A stretch of 64,000 nucleotides of DNA from Nanobdellota archaeon. GTDB lineage: Archaea; Nanobdellota; Nanobdellia; Woesearchaeales; CAZZGN01. Location: the NCBI GenBank assembly GCA_051819665.1, contig JBNJDG010000001.1:4369-68368 (forward strand). The letters are read 5' to 3'. How positions within the stretch are numbered: the first letter of the stretch is position 1; each line of letters begins with the position of its first letter. Of this stretch, positions 45,990-55,223 are shown piece after piece. Made by a program: the position numbers and the translations under genes. Below the pieces are notes generated by a model that saw only the letters and a program-made list of their open reading frames with translations, did not search any database and had not been told where the DNA came from.

Positions 45990-46664
45990 ATGGTTAAGTT
46001 CGTTTTCGGGCCGGAATGGTTTTTCGGGATAGATTCGGTACTGGATATTTTCTCGGTCTTAGTGGCACTGGTGATAGCTTTCTATTCTTACCGTTTCTAC
46101 AGGCTTGCGGGGAAGAGGAATTACAAATTCTTCGCGCTCGCTTTCACTTTGTTCTCCCTCGCTTTCCTGTCTAAGGTACTCACCAACTCGGTTATATATA
46201 ATGGATTCCTTGAGACACTTGATCTCGGGATGATAAGCCTGTTCGGCTATGTGATAACGATGAAGGAGTTCTTTTATATCGGGGGTTATCTGGGTTACAG
46301 GCTCCTTCTCCTTCTGGGGCTTGCAGGCATATACATGGTCTCTTATAAGAAAACCAGTGAGATGGATATAGGTCTCCTTTTTTATCTGTTCTTCGTCGTC
46401 TGTATACTCAGTCATTACCAGTTCATATTCTTCCACATTACAGCTCTGATACTCCTCGGCTTTATCAATTATTTTTATTTCGGGAATTATTTCAGCAAGA
46501 GAAAACTTACGACCCTGCTTATTGCAGTATCCTTCATGCTCATGTTCGTAAGCCATGCTCTTTTCATCCTGACCCATTTTTCGCCACTCTATTACGTAGT
46601 GGGTGAGGTTGTCCATGTAATCTCCTTCATCCTTTTGATGGGAGTGATGATCGTGATAAGATGA
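45990..46664 (+). CDS. polytopic integral membrane protein (about 7 TM), hypothetical
   Basis: 224 aa, almost entirely hydrophobic helices; 4-nt overlap with downstream wHTH gene. Confidence 0.5.
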   Translation: MVKFVFGPEWFFGIDSVLDIFSVLVALVIAFYSYRFYRLAGKRNYKFFALAFTLFSLAFLSKVLTNSVIYNGFLETLDLGMISLFGYVITMKEFFYIGGYLGYRLLLLLGLAGIYMVSYKKTSEMDIGLLFYLFFVVCILSHYQFIFFHITALILLGFINYFYFGNYFSKRKLTTLLIAVSFMLMFVSHALFILTHFSPLYYVVGEVVHVISFILLMGVMIVIR

Positions 46665-46933
46665 CCAAGAGAAGATCAAGGATGGATATTGTATATGATA
46701 TGCTTAGCTCGATCCAGAAGAAGGATAACCGGATCAAGCCTACTCATCTCATGTATAAGTCTAACCTTTCTCATAAGCTTATGAACAGGTATCTTGACGA
46801 CCTTGTAAGGAATGAGATGGTCGAGGAGATCGAGGACAAGGGAAATAGATATCTTATCCTCAAGGACAAGGGTTTTGAGTTCATCACCCAATTCAGGAAG
46901 ATGAAAGAATTCGCCGATTCCTTTGGGTTATGA
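46661..46933 (+). CDS. winged-helix DNA-binding protein (COG3432-like predicted transcriptional regulator)
   Basis: MDIVYDMLSSIQKK...IKPTHLMYKSNLSHKLMNRYLDDLVRNEMVEEIEDKGNRYLILKDKGFEFI pattern of small archaeal wHTH regulators. Confidence 0.5.
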   Translation: MTKRRSRMDIVYDMLSSIQKKDNRIKPTHLMYKSNLSHKLMNRYLDDLVRNEMVEEIEDKGNRYLILKDKGFEFITQFRKMKEFADSFGL

Positions 46934-46943
46934 TTGATCAGCT

Positions 46944-47549
46944 TTATTGTTCTGTCCTTGTGAGCTGTGTTATTGCCAGGACAGAGATTATCATGATGAG
47001 TATGAATCCCAGCATCCTGGGGTGATATATGCTCGACTTTACGTTCTTATCGAAATCTTCTGTGTCTGTCTCCGGTGTTGATTCCGGCGAGGAATCCCCT
47101 GTTCCGGCATTACCCGGCTCATTAGAGAACTTGTATTGTGTTGTGTTCTCTGTAGCTTCAAGCTCCTGCTGTCCGTATACGTCAGCTATTGAACTCACAA
47201 GTATGATGAGTCCTAAGATTGCGACGGTCCAACCGATTATCTTCTTATTCTGGAGCTTATCGATTATCATCGAATCGCTGGCTCCGAGTGATTTGTATGT
47301 TATCACCAGAAGGAGCATGAAAATCCCCAGCATGATAAGCCAGGGAATCATGTTCATTATCACCTGGCTCATGCCTTCAGACATCATGATGATTATTCCT
47401 ATCACGAGAGCTATTATGGCATTTATGCTCTTGTTCTCACCTGTGATCTTGGTCTTGGTGAGAAGCCCGTAGACGATAGCAAAAACTATGAGCAGGATAA
47501 AAATAGGGGTTAACCCTTCCAAAAAGCCGAGGTCTAAAAAGCTTGCCAT
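46944..47549 (-). CDS. membrane protein, paralogue 3 of a tandem triplet (shared FxxLGxxDVxLPFLLxFxIxYAxLxKTKxxG motif), with acidic S/T/E-rich loop
   Basis: LDLGFLEGLTPIFILLIVFAIVYGLLTKTKITGENKS shared N-terminal block; 4 predicted TM. Confidence 0.5.
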   Translation of the reverse strand: MASFLDLGFLEGLTPIFILLIVFAIVYGLLTKTKITGENKSINAIIALVIGIIIMMSEGMSQVIMNMIPWLIMLGIFMLLLVITYKSLGASDSMIIDKLQNKKIIGWTVAILGLIILVSSIADVYGQQELEATENTTQYKFSNEPGNAGTGDSSPESTPETDTEDFDKNVKSSIYHPRMLGFILIMIISVLAITQLTRTEQ

Positions 47550-47550
47550 T

Positions 47551-48129
47551 TTACTCTTTCTTGAACATATTTGATAGTCCTTTCACGAAACCGTCTCCTT
47601 TGGACTGTCCTTCATCTTTGGTTACGAACCATAGCACTAGGCCGAATACCAATACCATCACCAGTACGGCCATGGTGTCTGTGCCGAATATACCTTCAAG
47701 CCATGACCATCCTTCCCACCAGTTTGCAGATGCACCGAAGATATAGAACACTGCCAGCACAGAAAGCAGGACAATCGTTCCGGTTACAGTATTTCCCTGT
47801 ACCCAGTCTGATTCTGCTCCCCATAGTCCTACCAGTAGCAGGACCATTATGATAGCAACAACCACTATGGATACCGTGGGGAGAGCGTTATGGAGTATCT
47901 CTATCGGGTCATAGCCCATCGGATAATTCCCTGTTACATGGGGGATTACGGTGGCCATGGCCATTACGAAAGCGAGAATGATGTTGTAGCTTTTCTTCTC
48001 TCCGAGAATCTTCGTCTTCTGGAAAACTGCATAGACTATAGTGAAAATCAAGAGAAACGGAAGAAGCACGTCCGAAAAACCCCAGTTTTCCAGGGCCATG
48101 AAAAAGTCTCTCCAGTTGTAATATGTCAT
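47551..48129 (-). CDS. membrane protein, paralogue 2 of tandem triplet
   Basis: ENWGFSDVLLPFLLIFTIVYAVFQKTKILGEKKS shared block; W-rich extracytoplasmic loop. Confidence 0.5.
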   Translation of the reverse strand: MTYYNWRDFFMALENWGFSDVLLPFLLIFTIVYAVFQKTKILGEKKSYNIILAFVMAMATVIPHVTGNYPMGYDPIEILHNALPTVSIVVVAIIMVLLLVGLWGAESDWVQGNTVTGTIVLLSVLAVFYIFGASANWWEGWSWLEGIFGTDTMAVLVMVLVFGLVLWFVTKDEGQSKGDGFVKGLSNMFKKE

Positions 48130-48141
48130 TTTTTATCCTCC

Positions 48142-48723
48142 TCATTTATTTGAATTGTTTTTGTTCCCTGAACTATCATTGGTGATGTAACCTATGATCC
48201 CGAGAGTGATGAGCACCATCACGATTGATCCTACAGCGTTGCCGGTCCAGTGGTCGACCAGCCAGTACCAGGCTGTTTCCAGCCAATTACTATCTCCACC
48301 TGCAGTCGGTATAGCGTAAAGCGTTATCAATACAATTGATATGAAGGCAATTACCATGAAAGTGACTCTCCATTTGCCTTCGAGTATCACATCTTCTCCT
48401 TCCCTGAAGAATGTTCCTATCAATACAAGGAACATCACTATCATTATAAGGACAAGCACTATATTTGCCAGTGCCTGATTGATCGTCTGTACAAGCTGTT
48501 TGGACGCTATGACGAGGAAGCCTGCCACGAAAGCTACCATCGCGTTGATGTTCTTCCTCGTTACCTGCTGGTCGCCTTCTCCTATCGTGCCGAAGACTTT
48601 CGTTTTCTCGAGGATAGCATACATTATTGAGAATACAAGCAGGAAAGGGAGTATAACATCATAAACACCCAGTTTCCCGAAAAATGTAATAATACCTCTG
48701 AGCATTGATTCTTCGGCCATCAC
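48142..48723 (-). CDS. membrane protein, paralogue 1 of tandem triplet
   Basis: GKLGVYDVILPFLLVFSIMYAILEKTKVFGTIGEG shared block; similar topology and W-rich loop. Confidence 0.5.
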   Translation of the reverse strand: MMAEESMLRGIITFFGKLGVYDVILPFLLVFSIMYAILEKTKVFGTIGEGDQQVTRKNINAMVAFVAGFLVIASKQLVQTINQALANIVLVLIMIVMFLVLIGTFFREGEDVILEGKWRVTFMVIAFISIVLITLYAIPTAGGDSNWLETAWYWLVDHWTGNAVGSIVMVLITLGIIGYITNDSSGNKNNSNK

Positions 48724-48801
48724 TATAGATTTCTCTTTAAAATCTTTATAAATTTTTCTATTTTAGAAAGTCTTATAAATCACTTCTGAGTCCAAGGATA
48801 T

Positions 48802-49365
48802 ATGCCTAAGGATGAACTTTTTTCAAGATTAAGGGAACAGTATGATAAGGATGAGGAAGACAGGGAATATCTCATCAGGAAGAGCAGGGAAATCGTCAGG
48901 TTGTCTAAGACCATAATCTCTTCTTTACATTCGGGCGAGCTTCCGCATGAGAAGATAGAGAACATAAGGTCCCTTATAGGTGAGATCACCAATAAATACG
49001 ATGGGACTAAGCATTATTACTCTGGATCTTTCAAGGTGGCTGTTCAGGAGTATTATGAGGCTCTTATCTATTATTATTTCGAGAAGGATAATGGTCTTTT
49101 AGGTCCTGATGATAACCTTGATTATGAGTTCTATCTCCTCGGTCTATGTGATGTATCAGGGGAGCTTGTAAGGAGAGCCCTCAAAGAGGGTATAGACGGG
49201 AATTTCGACAGGATAAAATCTATATATGATTTCGTTTCCTCGATCTATGAAGAGCTTTCCAAGTTCGGTTTCAGGTCGAATGAGTTGAGGAAAGGTACAG
49301 ACAGGATAAGATGGGACCTGAAGAAACTTGAAGAGATGATGTTCCAGGTCAGGATGAACAGGTGA
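48802..49365 (+). CDS. translin-family protein (archaeal translin/TRAX-like nucleic-acid-binding protein)
   Basis: 187 aa helical protein with the translin box YLLGLCDVSGELVRRAL. Confidence 0.6.
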   Translation: MPKDELFSRLREQYDKDEEDREYLIRKSREIVRLSKTIISSLHSGELPHEKIENIRSLIGEITNKYDGTKHYYSGSFKVAVQEYYEALIYYYFEKDNGLLGPDDNLDYEFYLLGLCDVSGELVRRALKEGIDGNFDRIKSIYDFVSSIYEELSKFGFRSNELRKGTDRIRWDLKKLEEMMFQVRMNR

Positions 49366-49371
49366 ATTTTT

Positions 49372-49938
49372 ATGAGAAAGGCAGCAGATTTTATACATGA
49401 GACAGGACAGCTCAAGAGAGTGAAGAGGACCGGCTGGTGGATGGCAGGGATAGACAATCCCGAATCAGTAGCCGACCATTCTTTCAGGGCAGGTGTAATC
49501 GCTTATGTGCTTGGGAAGAAGGAAGGAATCGAACCTGAGAAGGCTGGTTTCATGGCTTTGATCAATGATCTACAGGAGGCCAGGCTTAATGATCTCCATA
49601 AGGTCGGCCATAAGTATATTGATTTCAAGAAAGCAGAGGCTTCGGCTATAAGGGATCAGCTTCTTGGTATTGGGGATACCGGGAAAGATATGCTCGAGTC
49701 TTTTGAGCAGTTCCATAATGACGGTTCTAAAGAAGGGGTTGTCGCCAAGGATGCGGATCTTCTTGAATGTGCTTTCCAGGCGAGAGAGTATATGCATTTC
49801 GGCTATCCTGATCTGCAGGGATGGATAGATAATGTGGCCTCGCATCTCAAGACGGAGAGTGCCAGAGAGCTTCTTGACGGGATGAAGAATACTGATCCTT
49901 CGCAATGGTGGCAGGGCCTTAAGAAGACAGAAAGATGA
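49372..49938 (+). CDS. HD-domain phosphohydrolase (YfbR/HDDC2-like 5'-deoxynucleotidase family)
   Basis: ESVADHSF (H..HD), LINDLQEARLNDL, KDADLLE metal-ligand motifs. Confidence 0.65.
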   Translation: MRKAADFIHETGQLKRVKRTGWWMAGIDNPESVADHSFRAGVIAYVLGKKEGIEPEKAGFMALINDLQEARLNDLHKVGHKYIDFKKAEASAIRDQLLGIGDTGKDMLESFEQFHNDGSKEGVVAKDADLLECAFQAREYMHFGYPDLQGWIDNVASHLKTESARELLDGMKNTDPSQWWQGLKKTER

Positions 49939-49944
49939 GTTCAT

Positions 49945-50856
49945 TTGGTATTCGGTTATTTCAATCTAAGGGATGTTGAATCTGTATTGGTTGTTACTGA
50001 TAAACATAAGTATGATATAGCTGCCGGGATTGTCTCTGAGATTGAGGGAACTAATGAGGTCCTTCTCATACAGATACCTACAGGGAAAAAGCATGGTGAA
50101 GAACCTCCTGCTAAGGTAGCTGAGATGATGAAGAAGTTTGATGTTGTTGTTGCCCCAACTACTAAGTCACTTTCTCATACAAGAGCGAGGCGTGAGGCAA
50201 CTGATGCTGGTGTGAGGATGGCTACCATGCCCGGCATAACAAAGGATATCTTTGAAAGGGCATTGAAAGAGGACCCTTCCATGAAGGAGCTTACCATTAA
50301 ACTGAAGAAAGAACTGGACAAGGCTTCTGAAGTCAGGGTCAAGACCGAAGCCGGAACGGATATAAGGTTCTCTCTTAGGGGAAGGAAAGCTGTAAGCGAT
50401 TATGGTGATCTTACAGAACCCGGAAGTTTTGATAATCTCCCTTCAGGTGAGGCTTTCATAGCACCTTTAGAGGACTCGCTTGAAGGCAGGATGGTCGTTG
50501 ACGCATCTTTCGGGACAGGCATTCTCAGGAGTCCTGTTTCAGTAAAATTCAGTAAAGGTATAGCAGTGGATTTTGAAGGTGAAGGATCTTCCTCTATAAG
50601 ACAGCAGTTCGAGGGACACGGGGACAAGGGATTTACGGTGGCTGAATTCGGCATAGGTACGAACACCCATGCAGCTATATCAGGAAATACTCTTGAGGAT
50701 GAGAAGGTCAAGGGTACTTGTCATATTGCTCTCGGGAATAACATGGCTTTCGGCGGGATGAATGATGTTCCTGTGCATGTGGATGGTATAATGGAGGATC
50801 CTACAATAGAATTGGATGGAAAGGTTATAATGGAAAGAGGAAAGTTTTTAATATGA
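49945..50856 (+). CDS. aminopeptidase, M29/AmpS-like (thermophilic metalloprotease family)
   Basis: The C-terminal motifs GTCHIALGNN and VPVHVDGIM resemble M29 aminopeptidase metal sites. At 303 aa it is shorter than typical. Confidence 0.45.
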   Translation: MVFGYFNLRDVESVLVVTDKHKYDIAAGIVSEIEGTNEVLLIQIPTGKKHGEEPPAKVAEMMKKFDVVVAPTTKSLSHTRARREATDAGVRMATMPGITKDIFERALKEDPSMKELTIKLKKELDKASEVRVKTEAGTDIRFSLRGRKAVSDYGDLTEPGSFDNLPSGEAFIAPLEDSLEGRMVVDASFGTGILRSPVSVKFSKGIAVDFEGEGSSSIRQQFEGHGDKGFTVAEFGIGTNTHAAISGNTLEDEKVKGTCHIALGNNMAFGGMNDVPVHVDGIMEDPTIELDGKVIMERGKFLI

Positions 50857-50885
50857 ATTTAACTTCTTGACTTTGAGGTGGTTAT

Positions 50886-51521
50886 ATGATAGAAAATATA
50901 GAATGGCTGGGGCATGCATCTTTCAGGATCTTCTCTGATCAGTTGATATACGTTGATCCATGGAAAGTGAATCCCCAGGAGAAGGCAGACATCATTCTAA
51001 TAACTCACCCTCATCATGATCATTGCAGTCCGGAGGATGTAAAGAAGATACTGAAGGAGAATACAGTTATTGTTACAGTTGCGGATGCCGCAGAAAAATT
51101 ACAGGACATAAGTGCAGAGATATCTGTGATAGAGCCCGGTAAGAAGATCGATATAGACGGCGTAGATATAAGAGCAATACATGCTTATAACAGGAAGCTT
51201 GACTATCACCCTCGTAAGAATGGCTGGGTAGGTTTTCTTATAGATATGCTTGGGGACAGGATCTATTTTGCAGGCGATACTGATCATATAAAGGAGATGA
51301 AAGATCTCGAGGATGTCAGCATAGCTGTTCTTCCCATCGGCGGCACTTATACGATGGGTGTTGGGCAGGCAGTAGAAGCGGCTCTTGATATCCAGCCGAA
51401 ACAGGTCATACCTATGCATTATGGGGACATCGTAGGAGGAGAGTCTTTTGCTGAGGATTTCAGGGCTGCATTGAGAGAAAGAGACCCATCGATAGAGGTT
51501 TACATTAAGGGGGCGGATTGA
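50886..51521 (+). CDS. metallo-beta-lactamase-fold hydrolase (UPF0173-like)
   Basis: ILITHPHHDHCSPED (HxHxDH), later His/Asp ligands (AGDTDH..., PMHYGD). Confidence 0.7.
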   Translation: MIENIEWLGHASFRIFSDQLIYVDPWKVNPQEKADIILITHPHHDHCSPEDVKKILKENTVIVTVADAAEKLQDISAEISVIEPGKKIDIDGVDIRAIHAYNRKLDYHPRKNGWVGFLIDMLGDRIYFAGDTDHIKEMKDLEDVSIAVLPIGGTYTMGVGQAVEAALDIQPKQVIPMHYGDIVGGESFAEDFRAALRERDPSIEVYIKGAD

Positions 51522-51522
51522 A

Positions 51523-53199
51523 GTGAGGACACACACATGCGGAGAGCTGAGGAAAGATGATAAAGGCAAGGAAGTTACAATATCAGGATGGGTGAATAAG
51601 GTAAGAGAACACGGGAACCTATCCTTTGTAGATATAAGGGACCGTTACGGAATAACCCAGGTGACAGCGGATAAGATCGATGTTACAAGGGAATCTGTAG
51701 TGAAAGTCACTGGCCAGGTCGTCGAGAAGCCTGAGCCTAATAAGGAACTCGCTACTGGTGATATTGAGATAAAGGCGACAGATATCAAAGTATTAAGTAA
51801 GGCTAAGCCTTTGCCTTTGGATCTTAATAATACTGAGACAACTGAGGAGACACGGTTGAAGTATAGATACCTTGACTTAAGGTCCCGTAAGATGCAGGAT
51901 AACCTTAAGCTGAGGCATAAGACTACGATGTCCGTCAGGAATTACCTTGATAAGCTTGATTTTCTCGAGCTGGAGACACCTGTCCTTGGTAAGAGCACGC
52001 CGGAAGGTGCGAGGGATTATCTTGTGCCGAGCAGGGTGAACAGGGGTAAATTTTTCGCTCTCCCCCAGAGTCCCCAGGTGTATAAGCAGCTGTTCCAGGT
52101 TGCTGGTCTTGACAGGTATTTCCAGATAGTCAAATGTTTCAGGGATGAGGATCTTCGTGCAGACAGGCAGCCTGAATTCACGCAGATCGATATGGAGATG
52201 AGCTTCGTGGATGAGGGGGATGTATTCTCTGTGGTTGAAGGTATGGTGAAGCATATCTGGAAGGATGTTCTCGGTAAGGATCTGAATACACCTTTCAGGA
52301 GGATAACTTATGATGAGGCCATGCTCAGGTATGGAAGTGATAAGCCGGACCTCCGTTTTGGTCTGGAGATACAGGATCTTACTGAGTGGGCAAAAGGAAC
52401 TGATTTCAAGGTTTTCAATCAGGCTCCGTGTGTAAGGGCAATAAAGGTGAACAGTGATTTCTCCAGGAAAAATATAGACAAGCTTACTGATGTAGTGAAG
52501 GTTTATGGTGCCAAAGGGCTTGCATGGTTCAAGAAGGAGAACGGCGAGCTTTCAGGAGGTATATCGAAGTTCATAAAAGAAGAGCCTTTTGAGATGGAAG
52601 ACGGGGATCATGTTTTCTTCGTCGCTGATAAGGAGAATGTCGTCGCTGAAAGTCTCGGTGCCCTTCGGCTTGAGCTTGGGAAGAGGCTGGATTTGGTGAG
52701 GGATGAATGGAATTTCTGCTGGGTCACCGATTTCCCTATGCTTGAATGGAGCGAAGAGGACGGGAAATATGAGGCTATGCATCATCCGTTCACCAGTCCC
52801 AGGTTGAAGGACAGGGAATATCTCAAGGAGGCTCCTGAGAAAGCTAAAGCGAGGGCATATGATCTCACTCTCAACGGAGTAGAGCTCGGAGGCGGGAGCA
52901 TAAGGATCCATGACCGTGAGCTTCAACAGGAAGTGTTTGATGCTCTCGGGATCTCTAAGGAAGACCAGGAGAAGAAGTTTGGCTTCATGCTCGGCGCTTT
53001 CGATTACGGTGCTCCTCCGCATGGTGGCATTGCGTTTGGTTTTGACAGGATGGTCATGCTGCTCACTGGTATGGATAATATCAGGGAAGTCATCGCTTTC
53101 CCGAAGAACAAGGAAGCACAGGACCTGATGCTTGACGCTCCCTCGGACGTGTCGAAAGAGCAGTTGGATGAGCTTGGGATAAAGTCTGAGAATAACTAA
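51523..53199 (+). CDS. aspS: aspartyl-tRNA synthetase, bacterial type (with GAD insertion domain)
   Basis: 558 aa. KCFRDEDLRADRQPEFTQIDMEMSF and YGSDKPDLRFG...VYGAKGLAWFK closely follow bacterial AspRS, as in E. coli. The class II motif 3 GGGSIRIHD is present. Confidence 0.9.
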   Translation: MRTHTCGELRKDDKGKEVTISGWVNKVREHGNLSFVDIRDRYGITQVTADKIDVTRESVVKVTGQVVEKPEPNKELATGDIEIKATDIKVLSKAKPLPLDLNNTETTEETRLKYRYLDLRSRKMQDNLKLRHKTTMSVRNYLDKLDFLELETPVLGKSTPEGARDYLVPSRVNRGKFFALPQSPQVYKQLFQVAGLDRYFQIVKCFRDEDLRADRQPEFTQIDMEMSFVDEGDVFSVVEGMVKHIWKDVLGKDLNTPFRRITYDEAMLRYGSDKPDLRFGLEIQDLTEWAKGTDFKVFNQAPCVRAIKVNSDFSRKNIDKLTDVVKVYGAKGLAWFKKENGELSGGISKFIKEEPFEMEDGDHVFFVADKENVVAESLGALRLELGKRLDLVRDEWNFCWVTDFPMLEWSEEDGKYEAMHHPFTSPRLKDREYLKEAPEKAKARAYDLTLNGVELGGGSIRIHDRELQQEVFDALGISKEDQEKKFGFMLGAFDYGAPPHGGIAFGFDRMVMLLTGMDNIREVIAFPKNKEAQDLMLDAPSDVSKEQLDELGIKSENN

Positions 53200-53780
53200 A
53201 TTTCCTTTTTCATTTCCCTTAATTCTCTTTCCAGTTGTTCTTTATTCCGGAAGAGGATAGTCCTGAAACCGAGCTTTCCTGCAACCTCGATGTTCTCTTC
53301 CTTATCATCGATGAAGACGAACTCTGAAGCCTTCGCGTCAAGATCATCAAGCAAATACCTGAAGATCTCCTCATGAGGCTTCCTGAGCTTGATCTCGCAC
53401 GAGAAATACGTCCCTTTGAACCCGGACAGGAAATCGCCGAAATTCTCCTTTATATACTTTAGATGTATGCGGTTATTATTACTGAGGATGTAGAGCTCAT
53501 CATCAAGCCTCTTTGCAAAATCCATCATGTCATGATCAGGGATTATGGAGTTCAGAAACAGTTCCCTGAGCTTCTCTTCTCCAAGCTGAAGCCCATATTT
53601 CTCCTTGATCTTCTTATAGAAATCCTGAAAACTGATAAGATCCGAGTTCATATCATAGAGCAGAGGTCCGATGAAGTCAAGGCTTGTCTTAACACCTGTC
53701 TCATCTTTTATATTGTCAATGAAATTCCTGCCTTCCCTGCCTTTGGTGAAGATTCCTCCCCAGTCAAATATGAGCTTCAT
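53196..53780 (-). CDS. HAD-superfamily hydrolase (subfamily IA-like)
   Basis: Motif I LIFDWGGIF (DxG variant as in phosphonatase-type HADs), LSNN, KLRKP, FVFIDDKEEN motif IV. Confidence 0.55.
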   Translation of the reverse strand: MKLIFDWGGIFTKGREGRNFIDNIKDETGVKTSLDFIGPLLYDMNSDLISFQDFYKKIKEKYGLQLGEEKLRELFLNSIIPDHDMMDFAKRLDDELYILSNNNRIHLKYIKENFGDFLSGFKGTYFSCEIKLRKPHEEIFRYLLDDLDAKASEFVFIDDKEENIEVAGKLGFRTILFRNKEQLERELREMKKEI

Positions 53781-53833
53781 AGGCCTTTCAAATAAATAAT
53801 ATTATAAATAAGTTCTTATGAACAATACCTACA

Positions 53834-54550
53834 ATGACAATTATAAACCAATCAGTAGCGATACTGTGTGACGGAAACAATATTGAGAGGAGCATCCAGG
53901 AATCGAGGAGCTCCAACACTATGCTGAATTTCGACACCGTGATACCGAGGCTGTTGAATGGAAGAGGACTGAACAGGCTCATCTATTTCAGGGAAGGGAA
54001 GAACATATCGAAAAAGCTCGCTGAGAGGCTACATAACAATTATTACGGTTCTGTAGTTCCCTGCCATAAGTCTGCAGACATCCCTCTTTCCATAAAGGCT
54101 ACCCAGCTTGCATCAAAGGTGGATACTATTATAATACTTTCTGGAGACTCAGATTATGTCGACCTTGTGAGCCATCTGAAATCTGAAGGTGTCAGGGTAG
54201 AGATAGCAGCAGTGAAGAAGACTACCTCGAGGCTCCTTACCGGAGAAGCGGACTATTTCCACCCGATTGTTGATGAGGATCTTTTTGTCTTCAATTCTAA
54301 TGGCGGGCCTGGAGGGGATTCCCAGAAGAGCAACGGGCCTTCCAAGAAACCTCCCAAGAAAGATGATGCTAAAGGGGACAAGACCGACAGCTCTAAACCG
54401 AAGAAAAACACCGCCAAACCAACAGAGAAAAAGAAGCCTGCTTCAAAGAAAAGTACGAGCTCTTCCAGTGATAAGTCCTCCGAATCAGGTAGCGGCGAGG
54501 ATAACGGCGGCTTTGTCGGCTCGATGAAGAAGATCTTCGGGAAGAAATAG
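53834..54550 (+). CDS. NYN/LabA-like (PIN-related) nuclease-domain protein with K/P/S-rich disordered C-terminal tail
   Basis: VAILCDGNN..., DTIIILSGDSDYVDLV, and a tail of about 80 aa rich in K, P, S, D (KKPPKKDDAKGDKTDSSKPKK...). Confidence 0.55.
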   Translation: MTIINQSVAILCDGNNIERSIQESRSSNTMLNFDTVIPRLLNGRGLNRLIYFREGKNISKKLAERLHNNYYGSVVPCHKSADIPLSIKATQLASKVDTIIILSGDSDYVDLVSHLKSEGVRVEIAAVKKTTSRLLTGEADYFHPIVDEDLFVFNSNGGPGGDSQKSNGPSKKPPKKDDAKGDKTDSSKPKKNTAKPTEKKKPASKKSTSSSSDKSSESGSGEDNGGFVGSMKKIFGKK

Positions 54551-54558
54551 TCTCTTCC

Positions 54559-55005
54559 TCAGACCTCATCAAGCACGATCATCGATTTGGTGCTCTCAAT
54601 ACCGGAGATGTTCCTCAGTTTTTTCAGGATGAGCTCGTTTAGTTCATCCACATCTTTTACTCCTATTCTTATTATTATATCATAGTCTCCTGTAACTATG
54701 CTTATGTCCTCGACACAGCTTATTCTCTTTATCTTCTTCGCAAGATCCTTCTGGGTTATCTTCTTCTCTTTCAGGTAATTGCTGTCCACTCTTATCAGGA
54801 TAAAAGCGAAGATGTTCTTACCTATCTTCTTCTTGTTGATGATGACAGTGTAGCCTTCTATGACCTTACCTTTCTCCAGTCTTTTTATCCTGTTATGTAC
54901 AGTCGTGATAGGGATTAAAGTCTTCTTAGCGATTTTCTGTGTAGATAGGCTGCTGTCCTTCACGAGCATCTCCAGGATCTTATGATCCTTATCGTCAAGT
55001 TCCAT
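54559..55005 (-). CDS. Lrp/AsnC-family transcriptional regulator
   Basis: MELDDKDHKILEMLVKDSSLSTQKIAKKTLIPITTVHNRIKRLEKGKVIEGYT HTH_AsnC-type plus RAM domain; divergent from the asnA-like gene. Confidence 0.8.
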   Translation of the reverse strand: MELDDKDHKILEMLVKDSSLSTQKIAKKTLIPITTVHNRIKRLEKGKVIEGYTVIINKKKIGKNIFAFILIRVDSNYLKEKKITQKDLAKKIKRISCVEDISIVTGDYDIIIRIGVKDVDELNELILKKLRNISGIESTKSMIVLDEV

Positions 55006-55223
55006 ATTGAATATGTGTTCCATTTTAATTAATAAATTTGTCGATTTATGCAAAATTTTCCACATGAAAAAGAATATTTTTATTAATAAAATATGTTTAC
55101 ATCTTTTCCATGATACAGTCAAAGAAAGATAAACTGCTTCATTTCAACCGATTCAATCGCTAGTTCTGTTCATATCCTCAATATAAAGTCGCATTACAAT
55201 ATCATTTAATAGATTGATTAAGG

